A stretch of 64,000 nucleotides of DNA, from contig CAVVUN010000012.1 of NCBI GenBank assembly GCA_963751455.1, forward strand, positions 192,001 to 256,000, written 5' to 3'. The notes beneath the pieces were generated by a model. It had not been told where the DNA came from. It was given only the letters and a program-made list of their open reading frames with translations, and made no database searches. This document shows positions 63,024 to 64,000 of the stretch, one piece after another. This DNA is from Nitrospirota bacterium. Lineage in GTDB: Bacteria; Nitrospirota; UBA9217. A program made the position numbers and the translations under genes. Position 1 is the first letter of the stretch. Every line of letters begins with the position of its first letter.

Positions 63024-63523
63024 CTATTTAACAAGGCCACTCGGGACACTACGTCCCCGCTCCGGTTCCGAAAGCTTTTTCATGGCTTTTATTTTAACAG
63101 GGTTCAAGTGAATGTAGCGTGAGAGGACGGAAAGATATTCGTTCTTATCCACGAGAACGCTTTTGTATCTGCCTTGGTACAGATGTCCGACCCGGTCATG
63201 GCGACGATTGTAATAACCGGTATAGGTTATGTTAAACTTGCGCATAAACTCGGAAAGGTTGGCTTTGGGGGTTTCGAGAAGCAGATGAAAATGGTTGGAC
63301 ATAAGGACGTAACTGTAAAACTTGATTGAGTAGATATTTATCGACTGAACCAGGTATCTGAAGAAACCGTTTCCGATCCTCATCATCCTTGAATATAGCC
63401 TGTCGTTCATTTCCGCGGCAAGTAACATGATAGACTGCATTGGGGTATTGTATTCGAAGGGGGCGCGCCATGTCCGATCATGGCAGAAAGGAGTAAACTT
63501 GTCAACAGCAAAGATTTGACCCT
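63024..63523 (-). mobile_element. RAYT-like Y1 transposase pseudogene (63471-63024) with upstream TIR
   Basis: MARPLRIQYPNAVYHVTCRGN, 1-nt frameshift near 63354, MSNHFHLL (HUH), GHLYQGRYKS, YIHLNP (catalytic Tyr); AAAGATTTGACCCT at 63510-63523; cut at CACTACGTCCCC (63047-63058). Confidence 0.9.
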
Positions 63524-63940
63524 AATGACCTCAAGATGCTCATCAGTCATTTCATGGATCCGGATGCCGTGCGAGGGATTGTCGATGATGACTTCATGCC
63601 GGCCGTATCCGTCAATGGCCTGCTGGAGTCCGAAAGCGAAGTTCGGATTCTCTTTGTCGTCGCCCAGGACCGGAAACATATTCTCCACGATCCTGATCTG
63701 CCATGCTCCTTCACGGGGAAATACCGCGATAGGCGCAGGTGTCTTGTCCTCGTTTCCCGTGCAAAAGGGACAGGCCTCCACATACGGGCGCGCGTCGTGC
63801 GGCACAGGGGGCTCTTCTTTTTTCGGGCGCATACTGCGCGCTGTGGCCACAAGCACCGACTCGGTCGGCACGATCGGGTTTATTCTGATTTCCCGAATCG
63901 CCTTTTTCTGTTCTGTCTTCTCTGAGTCACGCATCAGCAT
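63524..63940 (-). pseudogene. galT: Galactose-1-phosphate uridylyltransferase, N-terminal fragment
   Basis: EIRINP..ATARSMRP..CPFCTGNE..IVENMFP..GYGRHEVIIDNP; homology stops at the TIR at 63523, before the catalytic HxH motif. Confidence 0.85.
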
Positions 63941-64000
63941 GTTCCCCGTTCCGCGAGCACTAAAAATAGCGATCTACTGAAAGGCGAGGATAACGCATTT

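Noticed and set aside
63407-63940. Apparent 177-aa galT-RAYT fusion ORF
   Set aside because: Read-through past the TIR is out of frame with the transposase; treated as truncated galT.
1-64000. CRISPR array, tRNA or rRNA
   Set aside because: No regularly spaced 25-45-bp repeats with unique spacers and no recognisable structural RNA; tandem repeats are intragenic.

Overview
A 64 kb bacterial accessory region with no rRNA, tRNA or CRISPR array. Gene style suggests Nitrospirota/Desulfobacterota (inference only). It is a patchwork of about 40 intact, mostly unrelated 1-3-gene modules: surface lipoproteins (Big_2, beta-helix, NHL), stress/redox enzymes, regulators, and a sigma54-controlled rhodanese operon. 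These are interleaved with many gene fragments, dispersed duplications (asmA x2, DUF2959-like x2, dnaJ 3' end x4) and REP/MITE-like palindromes. Two things stand out. (1) Four remnants of REP-associated Y1 tyrosine transposases (RAYT-like) are flanked by terminal inverted repeats such as AGGGTCAGGTCTACTTT. Variants of these ends (GGGTCA.., GGGGACG..) sit at the breakpoints of most truncated genes and at module boundaries, suggesting an HUH-transposase-driven gene capture and shuffling array. (2) An AT-rich 1107-aa gene fuses a SIR2-like domain, an nSTAND1-type NTPase and a complete hybrid histidine kinase-receiver, next to a HEPN-motif gene and an HsdR_N-like nuclease. This is a candidate undescribed NLR-like defence or signalling system. 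All calls come from reading motifs by eye; no database search was run.
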